Shown: piece after piece, positions 49,027 to 60,989 of the stretch
Layout of the letters: every line of letters begins with the position of its first letter
How positions within the stretch are numbered: position 1 is the first letter of the stretch
Assembly (NCBI RefSeq): GCF_963921235.1
Contig: NC_086108.1
Location: forward strand, 114,454,001 to 114,518,000
Direction of reading: 5' to 3'
DNA: 64,000 bases
Source: Mobula hypostoma
Lineage: Eukaryota
Made by a program: the position numbers and the translations under genes
The notes under the pieces: model-generated
Database searches by the model: none
Told to the model about the DNA's origin: nothing
Seen by the model: the letters and a program-made list of their open reading frames with translations, nothing else

Positions 49027-50479
49027 CATTACCTTCCTCCTGCACATGAGCAAAGGCCAGAGACCGGGTAATGGGTGAATCTCTCCATACAAAGTCAGGG
49101 ACCATCTATCTATCTGTGAAGCAACTGCTGAGAATTCTTTATTTAATGTTAGTTTTCTCATTAAATGAGGTCCAGTAGGAGGAATTTCATTGCCACTCAG
49201 AGAGCAAGATTATATCTGGGTCTTGAAATGTATCATTGTAAAGTATCCGATTTGGTATCAGTCTGAGGCTGACACACACAGCAAGTCTGCTATCTGTTGT
49301 GCCACAGTGTGAGGTATCTGCGAGAGATAGTGATCGGAAAGCCAAGCCTTCTGACAGGTGTAGACAACAGGGATCGGGCATTCCTGCCGATTTTAACTTC
49401 TCAGCATTTTTAAAATTCATTTTAGGGAAAGGGGTATTGTTGACAATTCCAGTTTTTGTTGCCCATCCCTCACTACCCCATTGAGAAGATGGGTGCGAGA
49501 CGTCTCCTTGAACAGCTGCAATCCATATTGGGAAGCTGCCCCACGGCACTGGTGGGGAAGGGAATTCCAGGTTTTAGACACAGTGGCAGTGAAGGAAGGG
49601 CAACAGATTTCCCACGCAGGGTGGTGTGTAACTGGGTAGGGAACCTGGGTGGGGGAGGATGCGGGTTTGGGAGGGGCTGTTGGAGTAGGCCCTATGAGTA
49701 ACCATGGTACATTTTGTAGACGGTGCAGACTGCGGCCACTGTGGGTCGGTGATGGAGGGAGGCAGTGTTTGGTTCCTCTTCCCACTGCTAACTCTGTCAA
49801 TTTGCAAGGATCAACTTTATCCACCATACACATTTACATGGATTAGGAATCTGCTGTGACGTGTTGGTTGGGGTGAGACATGCAACAAAAGCAACATTCA
49901 ACAATTATAAAGAATAAAGATTATATAGAAATGAAGTTAGAGGTTAACGAACGGAATGGGATAAATACATAAATACCAGCATGTACATATTTACAATGTA
50001 AACAGCTTTGTAAAAAGTGACTTAGAGTGTTTACGGTGCAGTGTGCTGACTGAGGTAATAGATAGGGGGGGCAGGGGGAGCTAACTAGAATGGTGGATCA
50101 GATAACTGCCTGGGGGAAAAAGACAGTGTGAAATTTTTGATCTAATAGCCCTGTAGCATTTTCCAGAAGGGAGCTTTTGGAAAAGGCAGCTTGTAGGGTA
50201 GGTAGGGTCCACAACGAATTTCCAGCCCGCTTCTTAGTCCTGGGTACGTACAGTACAAGTCCTGCAGTGATGATAGACTGCAGACAATGACACTCACTGC
50301 GACCTGACAGTTCACTGTAGTTTTTGTCTATTGTGAAAGGATCAGCTTTATCCACCATATACATTGACGTGTATTAGGATTTGCCCGGCGTGTTAGTCAG
50401 GGTGTGGCATCCAACAATAAACAACAACATTCAACAATTATAAAGAATAAAAAAATAAATTTACATAAAATGAAGCTTA

Positions 50480-50930
50480 CTAATGCCAGGAGCATTTGAT
50501 AGCTCTGGGCCTGTACTTGCTGGAGTTTAGGAGAATGGGGTGGGTGGAAACTCATTGTAACCTATCAAATATTGAAAGGTCTGGATAAAGTGGATGTGGA
50601 GAGGATGTCTTCTATATTGGGGGGTCAAGTGCCAGAGGGAACAGCCTTGGAACTGAGGGGATATCCAGTTAGAACAGAGATGAGGAAAAGTTTCTTTAGC
50701 CAGAGGGTGGTGAATCTGTGGAATTCATTGCCACAGATGGATGTGGAGGCCAAGTCATTCGGTATACTTGAAGTGGAGGTTGATAGGTCCTTAATTAGTC
50801 AGGGCATCAAAAGTTATGGGGAGAAAGCAGGAGATTGGGGTTGAGAGGGAAAGTAAATCAGCCATGATAGAATAGCAGAGCAGACCCAATGGGCTGAATG
50901 GCCTAATCCTGTTCCAATGCCTTGGGGTCT
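50480..50930 (+). mobile_element. CR1 LINE 3' fragment inside a LINE 3' UTR repeat
   Basis: RTEMRKSFFSQRVVNLWNSLP. Confidence 0.85.
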
Positions 50931-51063
50931 AAAATTATATACACTATAATATAAATTATATACAATATAAGTATGTTATATAAATTATTTTCAATATAAA
51001 ATAAATTCACTTTGAACATTGAATTTAAAGTTAGATGAAAAAGTACAGATATGGGAAGAAAAT

Positions 51064-51126
51064 ACATATATATATGTATATGCGTGCGCGCGCACGTGCG
51101 CACACACACACACACACACACACACA
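51064..51126 (+). repeat. Compound (TA)n(GC)n(CA)n microsatellite
   Basis: Direct reading. Confidence 0.9.
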
Positions 51127-52014
51127 ACCAACGTGTATTTACAATGTAAACGGCTTTATAAAAAGTGGTTTATTTTGTGTTTACAGTGTAGTGCAGTGAC
51201 TGGGTTAATAGATAGAGGGAGTGTATGGTTGACTAGAATAGTTGATCAGATTAATTGCCTGGGGGAAGAAATTTTTAAGATGTGAACTACTCCTTTCATT
51301 GTCACAAGGTTTTATTGTGGAACAAGTTGCTATGAAATCCCAACAGATGCAGAACTTTTGTGGTTTGGCCCGGAGTATTGGGGGTTAAGAGGTCTTCAAT
51401 CACAAGTTCTTATGACAGTATTTTGAAATGGAGCATTGGAGATCTCTGGGTGTCTCTCAATCAACACTAGTTAAAGAAGAGTATTGGCCCATTGTTATAA
51501 AGAAGGTTCAGCAGAGGTTATATGTCATTAGGAGTTGTGGAGATTTGGTATACCACCAAAGACTCTCGCAAATTACTTCAGACGTACTGTGGAGAATATT
51601 CTAACTGGTTGCTTCACTGTCTGGTATGCAGGGGCCACTGCACAGGATTGGAAAACACTGCAGAAAGTTGTGAACTCCACCAGCTTCACCATGGGCACCA
51701 GCTTTTCCGGTATTGAGGACTTCCTCAAAAGGCAGCATCCATCATTAAGGATCCCTATTATCCAGGACGTGCCCTCTTCTCATTTCTACCATCAGGAGAG
51801 GAGGTTCGGGAGCCTCAATGTTTCAGGAACAGCTTCTTACTCTCCACCATCAGATTTCTGAACGGACAATGAACTCATAAACACTACCTTTGAATATTCA
51901 ATCTCTTTTTGCACAAATTATTTATTGTTTATATCTATCTATCTATTGTAATTTATATATTAATTTTATATATTGCACTGTAATGCTGCTACAAACTCAG
52001 GCTTGTTTGCAGAA

Positions 52015-54315
52015 GCTCTGCCCAATTATCATCAGCACCAGGTTCTCAACACACCAGACCACTGCTATACGATGATAAGGAGTGCCCACCATTCCTTGCC
52101 CAGACTACATTTCAGTCTGATTATCTGGCTGTCCTCCTTCTACCTGCATACAGGCAGAAGCTAAAGAATAAGACTCCAGAGTTAAGGAGAACAGAGAGAC
52201 AGAGGAGTGGTTGTGGGATTGGTTCAAGTCAGTGGACTGGGCCATGTTCAAGGACTCACAGGATCTGAATAAATACAACACGGTTGTCACTGACTTTATA
52301 AAAACAGTTGTAGACGAGTGTGTCCCCAGGAAATCATTCAGAGTCTTCCGAACCAGAAGCCCTGGAAGAACCACACAATCCACAATCTTCTGAGGGCCAG
52401 ATTAGTGGCATTCAGGTCTGGGGACCAAGAGGTCCAGGTACTATCTCCAGAAATCCATCTCATGGTTGAAGTGGCAAGTCTGGGACTAAGCTTGAACCAC
52501 TAGAGGATGCTCAACAGTTGTGGCAGGGCTTGAATGTTATCACCTTTTACAAAGTGAAACCAAGTGACATAGGCAACAACAGGGATCCACTCCCAGATGA
52601 ACTCAATGCCTTCCATGCCCACTTTGACCATCAAAGCATGGAGAAACCATCATGAACTCCTATAACCCCTGATGACCCTGTGACTTCAGTCTCTGAGCCT
52701 GATGTGAGAGGATCCTTCAGAGGATGAACCCATGGAAAGTATCCAACAGGAAGGGCTGCCTTACCGAGTGTTAACGACCTGTGCTGATCAACTAGCTGGA
52801 GTGTTCTCTGATACCTTTAACCTTTAACTTCGGCAGTTTGAGGTACTCACCTGCTTTAAGCAGGGTTCAATTATACCAGTGCCAAAGAAGAACTTGGTAA
52901 CCTGCCTCAGTGACTATCGTCCAGTAGTACTTGCATCCACAATGATGAAGCATTTTGAGAGGTTGTTGATGAAACATATAACCCCTGACTGAGAAGTGAT
53001 TTGGATCCACTCCAATTTGCCTTCTGGCTCAACAGGTCCACAGTAGATGCTGTTTCATTGACTCTTCACTCAACCCTAGAACATCTGGACACCAAAGATA
53101 CTCTTCATTGACTACAGCTTGGCATTCAATACCATCACCCCCTCAAAACTAATCAATAAGCTTCAAGGCTTTGGCCTCAGTACTTCCTCATGCAATTGGA
53201 TCCTCGATTTCCTCACTTGCAGACTCCAGTCAGTCTGGATTGGCAACAACATCTCCTCCACAATCTCCATTTGCTCAGGTATACTACAAGGCAGTGTGCT
53301 TAGCCCACTGCTTTACTTATGTCACATTTATGACTGTTTATACTAGGCACAGCTCCAATGCTAGTTTTAAGTTTGATGATGACACCACCATCATAGGCCA
53401 AATCAAAGGTGGTGATGAATCAGCATATAAGAGGGAGGTTGAAAATCTGGCTGAATAGTGCCACAATAACAACCAGCAAAGTCAGCAAGAGCAAGGAGCT
53501 GATTATTAACCTCAGGAGGAGGAAACTGGAGGTCCATGAGCCAGTCCTCACCAGAGGATCAGAGGTGGAGAGTTTCTGCAACTTTAATTTCCTCAGTGTT
53601 GTTGGATCTGTCCTGGGTCCAACATGTAAGCACAATTACAGCAGTGCCTCTACTTCCTGAGGAGTTTGCAAAGATTTGGCATGGCATCTATAACTTTGAC
53701 TAACTTCTATAGATGTGTGGTGGACAGTACTGGCTGCATCACAGCCTGGTATGGAAACACTAATGCCCTTGAACGGAAAATCCTCCAAAAAGCAGTGGAT
53801 ATGGCCCAGTCCATCACGGGTAAAGCCCTCCACACCATTGAGCGCATCTACACAGCGCACTGTTGCAGGAAAGCAGCATCCGTTATCAGGGACCCCTTTC
53901 TACCTTCTTCTTGGTGCTGCCATCAGAACGGGAGCCTCAAGACTCTCACCACCAGGTTCAGGAACAGTTATTACCCCTCAACCACCAGACTCTCGAACCA
54001 GAGGGGGTAACTTCACTCAACTTCACTTGTCCCATCACTGAACTGTTCCCACAGCCTATGGACTCACGTTCAAGGACTCCTCACATTATATTCTTGATAT
54101 TTATTGTTTATTTATTTATAGTAATAATAATGATTATTATTTCTTCTTATGTTCTTGTCTTTAGCACATTGATTGTTTCTCCATCCTTTTGGGTGCAATC
54201 TTTCATTGATTCTATTGTGTTTCTTAAATTTACTGTGATTGCCCACAAGAAAATGAATCTCAGGATTATATATGGTGATATACTTGTCCTTTGATAATAA
54301 ATTTACTTTGAACAT
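52015..54315 (+). mobile_element. Degraded Rex1/Babar-clade LINE (RT + C-terminal domain + 3' UTR)
   Basis: [73 protein letters not shown]. Confidence 0.88.
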
Positions 54316-54454
54316 GTTGGTGATAATAAACCTGATTCTGATTCCTGTAGTCCACGTACAGAGTATTGCTGTGCTCTGCCGGCTGCCATTGGAAGTGTTA
54401 GATCTGTTATGTAGATGGAGTATCTGGTCGTGGTGAAGCTTTGTAGAATGCTAA

Positions 54455-54716
54455 TGACACAATGTGCAGCGGGTAGTTCTGCTACTTGACAGCTCCAGAG
54501 ACCCGGGCTCGATTGCGACCTTCGTCGCTATCTGCGTGGAGTTTGCACGTTCTTCCTGTGATTACTGAGCAGTGCGTGACTGAGGGGTGAAATCTGGGGG
54601 GAGTTGCTGGGAACGTGGGGAGAATGAAATGGGGTCAATCTAAATGGTGGTGGGTGGTCAGCATAGATTTGTTGGGCCAAAGGCCCTGTTTCAGGCTTGT
54701 GTGGTTCTATGGCTCT
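54455..54716 (+). mobile_element. V-SINE (internally deleted)
   Basis: cagctccagagacccgggctcgatt head and gtggagtttgcacgttcttcctgtga. Confidence 0.7.
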
Positions 54717-55494
54717 GAACCTCACTGCATTATCACATCCTTTTCCTGAAATACCATTTTTCAGACCCAGATTGATCCTGTTTCCATCACGGAAAGTAAT
54801 TCCAGAAATGACTAACTCCGAATAACGACATTTTCTCTCACGTTTTAGATTTGCGTCCTGTGGTTCCTGGAGAACAGAGTCCAAATCCTCCCCCATCGAA
54901 ATCCATCTCCATCTAATTGCCTGTCAAAGGGGAATGAGGCCAGTTCAGTCCCAGCTCAAACTTGGTAAACTGGTTTATTTTTCTCATGTGTCCAGTGTCG
55001 GCGGGGTCTTTGATTGGCTCGCTGCTTTACCAAGGCAGTCGGTGAGAACTGCAGACAGAGTCCATGGAGGGGACTCTCGTTTCCCTGATGTGCTGAGCTA
55101 TGTCCACAACTCTCTGCAGTTTCCTGTGGTCACAGGCAGTGCATTTGCCATATGACGATTCTAGATGGGATGCTTTCTATGGTGCATCACTGAAAATTGA
55201 CAAGGGTCAAAAGAGGAGACACCCAATTCCTTTAGCCTCCTGACAAAGTAGCGGCGTTCATTCCAGAATGTGATTGCAGGATTCCCTAGACGTTAACAAC
55301 AAATTTAGAAGCAACAGAAACATGCCGATAGGGAGGTTGAGTCAGTGGCGAGGAAGGTAAATGTGACGTTAGCATTCATTTCAAGAGTACTAGAGTATAA
55401 AAGCAAAGATGTAACGCTGAGGCTTTATAAGTCCTTGGTCAGGCCGCACTTGGAGTATTGTGAGCTGTTTTGGGCCCCTTTCTAAGAAAAGATA

Positions 55495-56140
55495 GATCAG
55501 ATACTTAGTTGATCCCAAAGGAAATAACAGTGTCACAGCAGCATTACAAGTTCACAGGTATGGAAGATTAGAAGAGAAGTAAGAAGAATCAATAAAATTA
55601 AGCTACCTCAAACAGTCTAACCGGAGGGGGTCATTACTTCCCCGGCTACTGGCTGACTCACTATAGAGCATTATAGCCGAGGGTAAGAATGATCTCATAT
55701 AGTGCTCTTTGGAGCAGCACAGTTGTCTATTACTAAAAGTGCTCCTCTGTTTAGCCAAGGTGACATGCAGAGGGTGAGAAACATTGTCCAGAATTGCCAG
55801 GATTTTCCATAGGGTCCGTTGTTCTACCACAGCCTCCAGTGTGTCCAGTTTGACTCCTATAACAGTGCCAACCTTTCTAATCAGTTTATTGAGCCTGTTG
55901 AGATCACACATGTTGATGCCATTGCCTCAGCACACCACCGCAAAGAAGATTGTACTGGTGACAACAGACTGGTAGAACATGTGAAGGAGAGGGCTGCGTA
56001 CTCCAAAGGAAGTAGAGGTGACTCTGGCCCTTTAGTATGCAGCCCCTGGGTTGGTGCTCCACTCAATCTGTTGTCCGGGTGCACCTCCAGGGTGTCCTCA
56101 CCATCAATGATAACCACACAAACTGCGGTCTACCTGTCAG
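55495..56140 (-). mobile_element. Rex1/Babar-like LINE 3' fragment (second subfamily)
   Basis: LNRLNKLIRKVGTVIG..ILDNVSHPLH..RSFLPSAI. Confidence 0.8.
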
Positions 56141-58037
56141 GTAGTCCATTATTCAGGATATAATGGAAGAGCCAACCTGAATTGAATGGAGCTCCCCCCC
56201 CAACCCACCAGCAATGAGGGCTGTATGCATTGAGGCACTTGAGAAAAGGTGAGCTGGCATGGGAGAAGATCCAAAGGAAGATCACGAGGATGATCCCAGG
56301 AATGATGGGGTTAATGTATGTATGAGGAGTGTTGATGACTCCGGGACTGTACTCACTAGAATTTAGAAGAATGAGGGGGGATCTCATTGAAACCTATTGA
56401 ATATTAAACAGCCTATCTAGAGTCTTATAGTTTTTTATATTCTGTTTTTCATCTGGTCTTTCTTGTTTTTATTGTAGGGAGGGGGATTTGGGGGTCGATG
56501 TGCTGGATCTATTTTTGTGTGTTTTTTGCAGGGAGGTGTGATTCAGAGGTTGATGATTGTGCTGCCTTTCTTTTCTTTCTTGGTTTCATGGCTACCCAGA
56601 GAAGAAGAATTTCAAATTGTATACTTTGATAATAAATGAATCTTCAAACATGGAGAGACTGTTTCCAATGGTGGAAGAGCCTATGACGAGAGGGCACAGC
56701 CTCAGAATGGAGGGACATTCATTTAGAACAGAGATGAGGAGGAATTTCTTTAATCAGAGGGTGGTGAATCTGTGAAATTCATTGCCACAGACAGCTGTGG
56801 AGGTCAAGTCATTGGGTATATTAAGATGAAGGTTGATAGGTTTATGATTAGTCAGGGTGTCAAAGGTTATGGGGAGTAGCAGGGGAATGGGGAGAGAGAG
56901 GGAAAATAAATCAGCTATGATAGAATGACAGACTTGATGGGCCGAATGGCTGAACTCTGTCTTACAGTCTCATGGTCTCATGAATCACTTGGTAAATCTC
57001 TTCAGCTCCCTTTTAAGATCATGATACCCTCCTTATCGCATGTCTCTGTCGACACTTGAATTTGTTGTTTGATCAGAAGCTGTCTGCCAGTATAGGGTTA
57101 AGATTTTGGCACCAGCCTGTTTTGAATACTCAGAGTAAGAGCTTAAATTAGTTGCTACATGTAAATATGCAAACCTTTTATTTTTGTGTAACATTTGGGA
57201 AGAGATTTCCTGGTTTCAAGGTTTATCTGATCAGTTAAGGCGGCAGGATTGTAGCAATGAGGCAAGTCAAGCAAGTTGCTACTCAGCACATTACGGAATT
57301 TGTAAATATCAGGGAATATCATTGATCGAATCGCGTGCCTGGAGATTGTGTTGATAATACGTCTAGTCCCACGTGATTCCCCTGAAGGTGAAGGTGCGGG
57401 AATGCATTACAGCATATTGGAAAGAAGATCCTGAACTGTAACATTAACTCACTTCACCTCTTCACCGCTGCCGCCTGACCTACAGAGTATTTACAACACA
57501 TGAATGGGCAAGACAGAAAAAGATAGGATACTTTATAAAACTCTGCCACTTCATAAAACTTTATTTAGGTCACATCCGCAGTAACACATTCAATTCTGGG
57601 CGCCCCTGTATAGAAAGGCACCAGAGAGGGTGCAGAAGAGGTTTGCAAGGGAGTTGGAGTTTTGCATTCTGGTTGTCCCATTACATGAAGGGTGTGAAGG
57701 CTTTGGAGAGGGTGCAGAAAAGTTTCTATCTTGTGGGCCAAAGGGCTTGTAATGTGCTGTAGATTTCTATGTTCCATATCATGAAATTTGGTGGTTTTTG
57801 TGGCAGCAGTACAGCGCAATGCATAAAATTACCACAGTACTGTGCAAAAGGTGTTAGGCATCCTAGCTGTCTAGATGTATATGTCTAAGACTTTTGCACA
57901 GTACTGTATGTATATAAGCTATTTATGCATTTATATTTATTGTGTTTTTTATTATTATGTTCTTTATTTTAATATGTTTAAATTCCGTGCTGTGGTAGTG
58001 GGACATGTATTTCAGGTATTTCACCATCCACTCTTAA

Positions 58038-60885
58038 ACCATAAGACAAAGGAGCAGAAATCAGCCATTCGGCCCATCGAGTCTGCTCCGCCATTTTATC
58101 ATGAGCTGATCCATTCTCCCATTTAATCCCACTCCCCCGCCTTCTCACCATAACCTTTGATGCCCTGGCTACTCAGATACCTATCAATCTCTGCCTTAAA
58201 CACACACAATGACTTGGCCTCCCATGGCAACAAATTCCATAGATTCACCACCCTCTGGCTAAAAAAATTTCTTCGCATTTCTGTTCTGAATGAGCGCCCT
58301 TCAATCCTTAAGTCATGCCCTCTCGTACTAGACTCCCCCATCATGGGAAACAACTTTGCCACATCCACTCTGTCCATGCCTTTCAACATTCGAAATGTTT
58401 CTATGAGGTCTCCCCCCATTCTTCTAAACTCCAAGGAATACAATCCAAGAGCGGACAAACGTTCCTCATATGTTAACCCTCTCATTCCCGGAATCATTCT
58501 AGTGAATCTTCTCCGTACCCTCTCCAACATCAGCACATCCTTTCTTAAATAAGGAGACCAAAACTGCCCACAGTACTCCAAGTGAGGTCTCACCAGCGCC
58601 TTATAACATCACATCCCTGCTCCTATACTCTATTCCTCTAGAAATGAATGCCAACATTGCTTTCGCCTTCTTCACCACCGACTCAACCTGGAGGTTAACC
58701 TTAAGGGTATCCTGCACGAGGACTCCCAAGTCCCGTTGCATCTCAGAACTTTGAGTTCTCTCCCAATTTAAATAATAGTCTGCATGTTTATTTCTTCTGC
58801 CAAAGTGCATAACCATACACTTTCCAACATTGTATTTCATTTGCCACTTCTTTGCCCATTCTCCCAATCTACCAAGTCTCTCTGCAGACTCTCCATTTCC
58901 TCAGCACTACTGGCCCCTCCACCTATCTTCGTATCGTCAGCAAACTTAGCCACAAAGCCATCTATTCCATAATCCAAATCGTTGATGTACAACGTAAAAA
59001 GAAGTGGCCCCAACACGGACCCCTATGGAACACCACTGGTAACCGACAGCCAACCAGAATGGGATCCCTTTATTCCCACTCTCTGTTTCCTGCCAATCAG
59101 CCAACACTCTATCCACATTTGTAACTTCCCCATAATTCCGTGGGCTCTTACCTTGTTAAGCAGCCTCATGTGTGGCACCTTGTCAAAGGACTTCTGAAAA
59201 TCCAAATACACAACACCCACTGCATCTTCCTTGTCTAGCCTACTTGTAATTTCCTCAAAAAATTGCAATAGGTTTGTCAGGCAGGATTTTCCTTTAAGGA
59301 ATCCATGCTGAGTTCTGCCTATCTTGTCATATGCCTCCAGTTACTCTGTAACCTCATCCTTGACAATCGACTCCAACAACTTCCCAACCACCGATGTCAA
59401 GCTAACAGGTCTATAATTTCCTTTTTGCTTCCTTGCCCCCTTCTTAAATAGCGGAGTGACATTTGCAATCTTCCAGTCCTCTGGAACCATGCCAGAATCT
59501 ATCGACTTTTGAAAGATCATCGCTAATGCCTCCGCAATCTCCACAGCTTCAGAACACGAGAGTGCATTCCATCTGGTCCAGGAGATTTATCCACCCTTAG
59601 ACTATTCAGCTTCCTGAGTACTTTCTCTGTCGTAATTGTGACTGCGCACACTTCTCTTCCTTGACACCCTTGAGTGTCCGGTATACTGCTGATGTCTTCC
59701 TCAGTGAAGACTGATGCAAAATACTTGTTCAGTTTCTCTGCCATCTCATCTCCCATTACAATTTCTCCAGCATCATTTTCTATCGGTCCTATTTCTACTC
59801 TCACCGTCTTTTACTCTTTATATACTTGGAAAAGCTTTTAGTATCCTCTTTGATATTATTTTTCCTTTCATAGTTCATCTTTTCCCTCTTAATAACCTTC
59901 TTGGTTTCCTTTTGTAAGCCTTTAAAAACTTCGCAATCCTCTGTCTTCCCGCTGATTTTTGCTTCCTTGTACGCCCTCTCCTTTGCTTTAACTTTGGCTT
60001 TGACTTGTCTTGTCAGCCATGGTTGCATCCTTTTTCCATTCGAAAATTTCTTCTTTTTTGTAATATATCTGTCTTGCACCTTCCTCACTTCTCGCATAAA
60101 CTCCAGCCACTGCTGCTGTGCCATCCTTCCCGCCAGTGTCCCTTTCCAGTCAACTTTGGCCAGATCCTCTCTCATGCCACTGTAGTTTCCTTTACTCCAC
60201 TGAAACACCGACACACCAGATTTCGGCTTCTCTTTTTCTAATTTCACAGTGAACTCAATCATGTTATGATCACTGCCTCCTAAGGGTTCCTTCACCTCAA
60301 TCTCTCCAATCACCTCCGGTTCATTACACAATACCCAATCCAGTACAGCCGATCCCCTAGTGGGCTCAACAACAAGCTGTTCTAAAAAGCCATCTCTGCA
60401 GATACTCTACAAATTCTCTCTCTTGAGATCCAGAGCCGACCTGATTTTCCCAATCCACTCGCATGTTAAAATCCCCCACAATTATCATAACACTGCCCTT
60501 CTGACAAACCTTTTCTATTTCCAGTTGTAATTTGTAGTCCACATTACTGCAGCTGTTTGGAGGCCTGTATATAACTGCCGTCAGGGTCCCTGCGATTTCT
60601 TAGCTCAACCCATAAATATTCTGCACCTTCCGATCCTATGTCACCTCTTTCTAATGATTTAATTTCATTTCTTACCAATAAAGCCACGCCTCCCCCTCTG
60701 CCTACCTTCCTATCCTTCTGATACACCGTGTATCCTTGGACGTTCAGCTCCCAGAGACGTGCATCCTTTAGCCAGGTCTCAGTGATGGCCACAATATCAT
60801 ACCTGCCAATCTGTAGCTGTACGACAAGATCATCCACTTTATTCCTTATGCTGCGTGCATTTAAGTACAACACCTTAAGACCAGT
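58038..60885 (-). mobile_element. CR1 LINE, nearly full ORF2 (APE + RT) with several disruptions
   Basis: Colinear ORFs from LYLNARSIRNKVDDL (60873) to GIKGYGEKAGEWD (58123). Confidence 0.95.
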
Positions 60886-60989
60886 CCACCAGAAAGATTG
60901 GCCTCGCTAACAGCAAAGATTTTAATACAAGAGATTCTGCAGATGCTGGAAATCTAGAGCAACACACACAAAATACTGGAGGAATTCAA

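Noticed and set aside
49187..49549. 120-aa minus-strand ORF
   Set aside because: It starts in a LINE tail and has no recognisable domain or splice context.
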